A DNA stretch of 27,042 nt from Arenicellales bacterium. Its GTDB lineage: Bacteria > Pseudomonadota > Gammaproteobacteria > Arenicellales > Poriferihabitantaceae. Below are positions 24,427 to 27,042 of this stretch, one piece after another (within the stretch, counting starts at the first letter, position 1; each line of letters starts with the position of its first letter). The notes under the pieces are model-generated. The model had not been told where the DNA came from. It made no database searches and worked only from the letters and a program-made list of their open reading frames with translations. The stretch spans positions 1 to 27,042 of the forward strand of contig JAZGFQ010000157.1 of the NCBI GenBank assembly GCA_036479635.1, given 5' to 3'. The position numbers were made by a program, and so were the translations under genes.

Positions 24427-26320
24427 TCCTATTTTGAACCAGCTCATTCGATTCAAGCATTTTCACTGGGCGTTATTTGCGCTCAGCTTTTTATGCAGCC
24501 CATTATTTGCCGCCGAGCGCATCACGCACTTTCACAGCGACATTGAGGTTCTAGAAAATCGAAATCTTGAAGTCACTGAAACCATTTCGGTAATCTCAGA
24601 ACATCAGGCCATTAAGCGCGGCATTTATCGAGATTTACCCACCATCTACCCACACCCTAAATGGGCAGGCGCGGGCATTCGTGAGAAAACGACTTTTAAA
24701 ATTCATTCGGTTACATTAGATGGCCAAGCCAGCCCTTGGCATCAAGTTTCTTTAGCCAATGGCATTCGTGTTTTTATTGGTGATGAAAACCAATTTATTT
24801 CTCGCGGTGCGCATCAATATGAAATTCAATATACCTCTGAGCACCAGCTTTCTTCAGAAGAAGGTAATGACTTTTTAAACTGGAATGTTAACGGCCAAGG
24901 TTGGTCTTTTCCAACAGACAAAGTAAGCGCGAATGTTCGCTTACCTGAAGGCTTGTTACCCATTTATTATGATGCGTGGACGGGGCGCACAGGCAGCGTA
25001 GATAAAAACTATCTCGCCAACGCCCAAACAGATGGCTCGGTTTTATTTAACACAAGCCAAGCCTTGAATGCCTATGAAGGCATGACAATCTCCGTGCAAT
25101 TACCCAAGGGTATCGTCGCCGCTTCAAGCGCAGGCACCGGCAAGCTCCTTAAGGACAACTGGAAGTGGTTATCGGGTTTAGCGCTTTTATTGTTGATGCC
25201 TTTTTATTACATCAAGGCTTGGCTGGAAGTTGGGCGAGACCCAAACAAGGGTGTTGTGGTGGCGGATTACCACCCCGTGCGCAAGATGTCGCCCGCTGCG
25301 CATCATTTCATTTCACGCAATCGAACCAGCAACACCACCTTCGCCGCCGCGCTAATGAACATGGCGGTAAAGGGTTATGTGAAGATTCATCAAACAGGCA
25401 AGAAATCTTATACCGTTGAGAAAACTACGCCCACAATGCCTGCTGAACAACTCTCAAAAGGTGAGCACATTCTTTACGCTGAATTATTTAAAGGCACCTC
25501 TAATATTGATTTAAGCAAAGGTTATGAACCCAAAGTCGCCCGTGCTAAACGGCGCTTAGGCAGCTTCCTAAAACAAGAGTGGCGCGATGCTATTTATCAA
25601 AATAATCAGCGCTATTCATGGATTGGCCTCACCATTGGCCTAGTTGCTTTAGCCTTATGTGCCTTACATTTAGCCAATGCTGAAATCAAAGTGGGGCATT
25701 TATTGCCCTTATTCATTTTTGCCTTTATCGGCATTGGTTTCAGCCAACAAAAGCCCAAACCTGTTTTACTCGTGCCTGCCGCGTTTTTTGTGTTCGCGGG
25801 TTTGCAGAACTCAGCGTTTAGTTTATTTAATTCCAGCATCATGATCTGGCTAAGTTTATTCGTGGCGGCCTTATTTTTATTGTTTCATTATCTACTCAAA
25901 GCACCAACCCCATTCGGGCAAAAAGTGCTTGATGAAATTGAAGGCTTTCGCTTATATTTAGCCACCGCTGAGCAAAACCGTTTAGACGTTTTACACCCAC
26001 CTGAAAAAACACCCGAGTTGTTTGAAAAGTTACTACCTTACGCCATTGCACTCGGTGTTGAAAACCAATGGGGCGAGCAATTTACCGAGGTGTTTAAACA
26101 ACATGCCGAACAACAAGGGCGCCACAGCGAATATTCCCCAGGTTGGTATTCAGGCGGGCATTACGGCCGCTTTAATTCTTCCTCTTTTGGCGCGGCGCTC
26201 GGCGCGGGTTTAGCCAGCAGTGTCGCCGCAGCCTCTACTGCACCCAGTTCATCTTCCAGCGGTGGCTTTTCTGGTGGTGCGGGCGGCGGGGGTGGAGGCG
26301 GTGGCGGAGGTGGGTGGTAA
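24413..26320 (+). CDS. DUF2207 membrane protein with Gly/Ser-rich C-terminal tail
   Basis: Signal/TM, ERITHFHSDIEV...GIYRDLP, WNVNGQGW, several TM helices, FEKLLPYAIALGVE..W and SSSGGFSGGAGGGGGGGGGGGW. Exact start uncertain. Confidence 0.9.
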   Translation: MILANPILNQLIRFKHFHWALFALSFLCSPLFAAERITHFHSDIEVLENRNLEVTETISVISEHQAIKRGIYRDLPTIYPHPKWAGAGIREKTTFKIHSVTLDGQASPWHQVSLANGIRVFIGDENQFISRGAHQYEIQYTSEHQLSSEEGNDFLNWNVNGQGWSFPTDKVSANVRLPEGLLPIYYDAWTGRTGSVDKNYLANAQTDGSVLFNTSQALNAYEGMTISVQLPKGIVAASSAGTGKLLKDNWKWLSGLALLLLMPFYYIKAWLEVGRDPNKGVVVADYHPVRKMSPAAHHFISRNRTSNTTFAAALMNMAVKGYVKIHQTGKKSYTVEKTTPTMPAEQLSKGEHILYAELFKGTSNIDLSKGYEPKVARAKRRLGSFLKQEWRDAIYQNNQRYSWIGLTIGLVALALCALHLANAEIKVGHLLPLFIFAFIGIGFSQQKPKPVLLVPAAFFVFAGLQNSAFSLFNSSIMIWLSLFVAALFLLFHYLLKAPTPFGQKVLDEIEGFRLYLATAEQNRLDVLHPPEKTPELFEKLLPYAIALGVENQWGEQFTEVFKQHAEQQGRHSEYSPGWYSGGHYGRFNSSSFGAALGAGLASSVAAASTAPSSSSSGGFSGGAGGGGGGGGGGGW

Positions 26321-26350
26321 GCCCTTTAATTTGTCTAATCTATTCTTACC

Positions 26351-26947
26351 TTGGCGATTCTAATGAATGATTGGTCTGCTTGTTTAAAATTTAACCCCAA
26401 GCCTTTACGCCTTAAAAAAACCGATACCTTATTTAAGCAAGGCGAACAGGTGCAAAATATGCACCTTATTCAACAGGGGCGCGTAAAACTGATTCGTCAT
26501 TCTTTGGCGGGTGAAAATATTGTTTTACACGTCGCAACTGCTGGCGAAATGATTGCAGAAGCTTCTTTTTTCTCTGAAAATTATCATTGTAGCGCCGTGG
26601 CAGATCAGCCCTCAAAGGTGCTGAGCATTGATCGAGATAGCGCCCTAAACACCATTATAAATAGCCCTCAAACCAGCCAAACGGCGATGCATTTATTCGC
26701 GCAACAAATCCGAGATTTACGCGGCTTACATGAGATTCGAAATATCCGTTCTGCGGAGCAACGCGTGTTGGCGTACTTAAACAAACTAGCAAATGAAAAG
26801 GGTGAGTTGCAACTAGAGATGTCTTTACAAGATATGGCCTATAAACTCGGCTTGGCGCATGAAACCTTATATCGCGCCTTAAGCAAGCTCGAAGCCAGTG
26901 GCAAAATTCAGCGCCCCGCCACCACTGCATTCATTTTAGTTGTATGA
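26351..26947 (+). CDS. Crp/Fnr family transcriptional regulator
   Basis: cNMP-binding fold (LFKQGE, GRVKL, GEMIAE) and HTH LQDMAYKLGLAHETLYRAL. No FNR N-terminal Cys cluster. ATG 26363 is an alternative start. Confidence 0.92.
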   Translation: MAILMNDWSACLKFNPKPLRLKKTDTLFKQGEQVQNMHLIQQGRVKLIRHSLAGENIVLHVATAGEMIAEASFFSENYHCSAVADQPSKVLSIDRDSALNTIINSPQTSQTAMHLFAQQIRDLRGLHEIRNIRSAEQRVLAYLNKLANEKGELQLEMSLQDMAYKLGLAHETLYRALSKLEASGKIQRPATTAFILVV

Positions 26948-26985
26948 TTTGAATCATACAGCATTAACTGATCTGCGCTTATAGT
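26941..26985 (+). promoter_or_regulatory. Crp/Fnr-type palindrome plus -10 element (class II promoter) for the next gene
   Basis: TGTATGATT-TG-AATCATACA at 26941-26960; TATAGT at 26980-26985. Confidence 0.65.
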
Positions 26986-27014
26986 TCAGCGTCACATTCT
27001 AACAAACTATAAAC

Positions 27015-27042
27015 ATGACATTCAAACACACACTTATTTCTA
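27015..27042 (+). CDS. Possible start of a downstream gene, truncated by the window
   Basis: ATG ACA TTC AAA CAC ACA CTT ATT TCT = MTFKHTLIS, which resembles a signal-peptide start and lies downstream of the predicted promoter. Only 9 codons are visible. Confidence 0.35.

Noticed and set aside
26270-26317. GGC/GGT-rich low-complexity run as a DNA repeat element
   Set aside because: Encodes the normal Gly-rich C-terminus of DUF2207 proteins.
1-27042. Mobile elements, prophage, CRISPR arrays, tRNA/rRNA and defence systems
   Set aside because: No transposase, integrase or Cas motifs, no regularly spaced DNA repeats and no structural RNA signatures seen; intergenic gaps are short and explained by promoters and terminators.

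Overview
Moderately AT-rich, gene-dense proteobacterial chromosome segment, probably from a marine aerobe (inferred from gene content). There are no rRNA, tRNA, CRISPR or mobile elements. Left 19 kb is a methylated-amine / one-carbon region. It holds (i) a minus-strand 8-gene corrinoid/folate methyl-transfer operon: stand-alone B12-binding protein, DUF1638, PF13769 'virulence factor' protein, MetV-like Cys-rich protein, MetF, stand-alone pterin-binding methyltransferase, GFA-family protein and a RamA/RACo-type ASKHA activase cut by the window edge; (ii) a betaine-type BCCT transporter; (iii) a membrane protein with a ClpP/crotonase-like domain; (iv) a PotABCD-like ABC transporter; and (v) a divergent soxBDAG sarcosine oxidase operon. 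A GTCG direct repeat with 21-bp period lies upstream of the corrinoid operon and in the potA/soxB intergenic region. Right 8 kb: HPP protein, nnrS with a perfect FNR box, a lipoprotein with eight 23-aa repeats and a peptidoglycan-binding domain, a short PuuD-family protein, a rhomboid protease divergent from lemA-DUF2207, and a Crp/Fnr regulator with a palindrome over its own stop codon. The best candidate for an under-described system is an aerobic, modular B12-dependent demethylation / methyl-THF oxidation machine. It has uncharacterised accessory proteins, and its split methionine-synthase-like subunits carry complementary charged tails. All family assignments come from motif recognition; no database searches were run.
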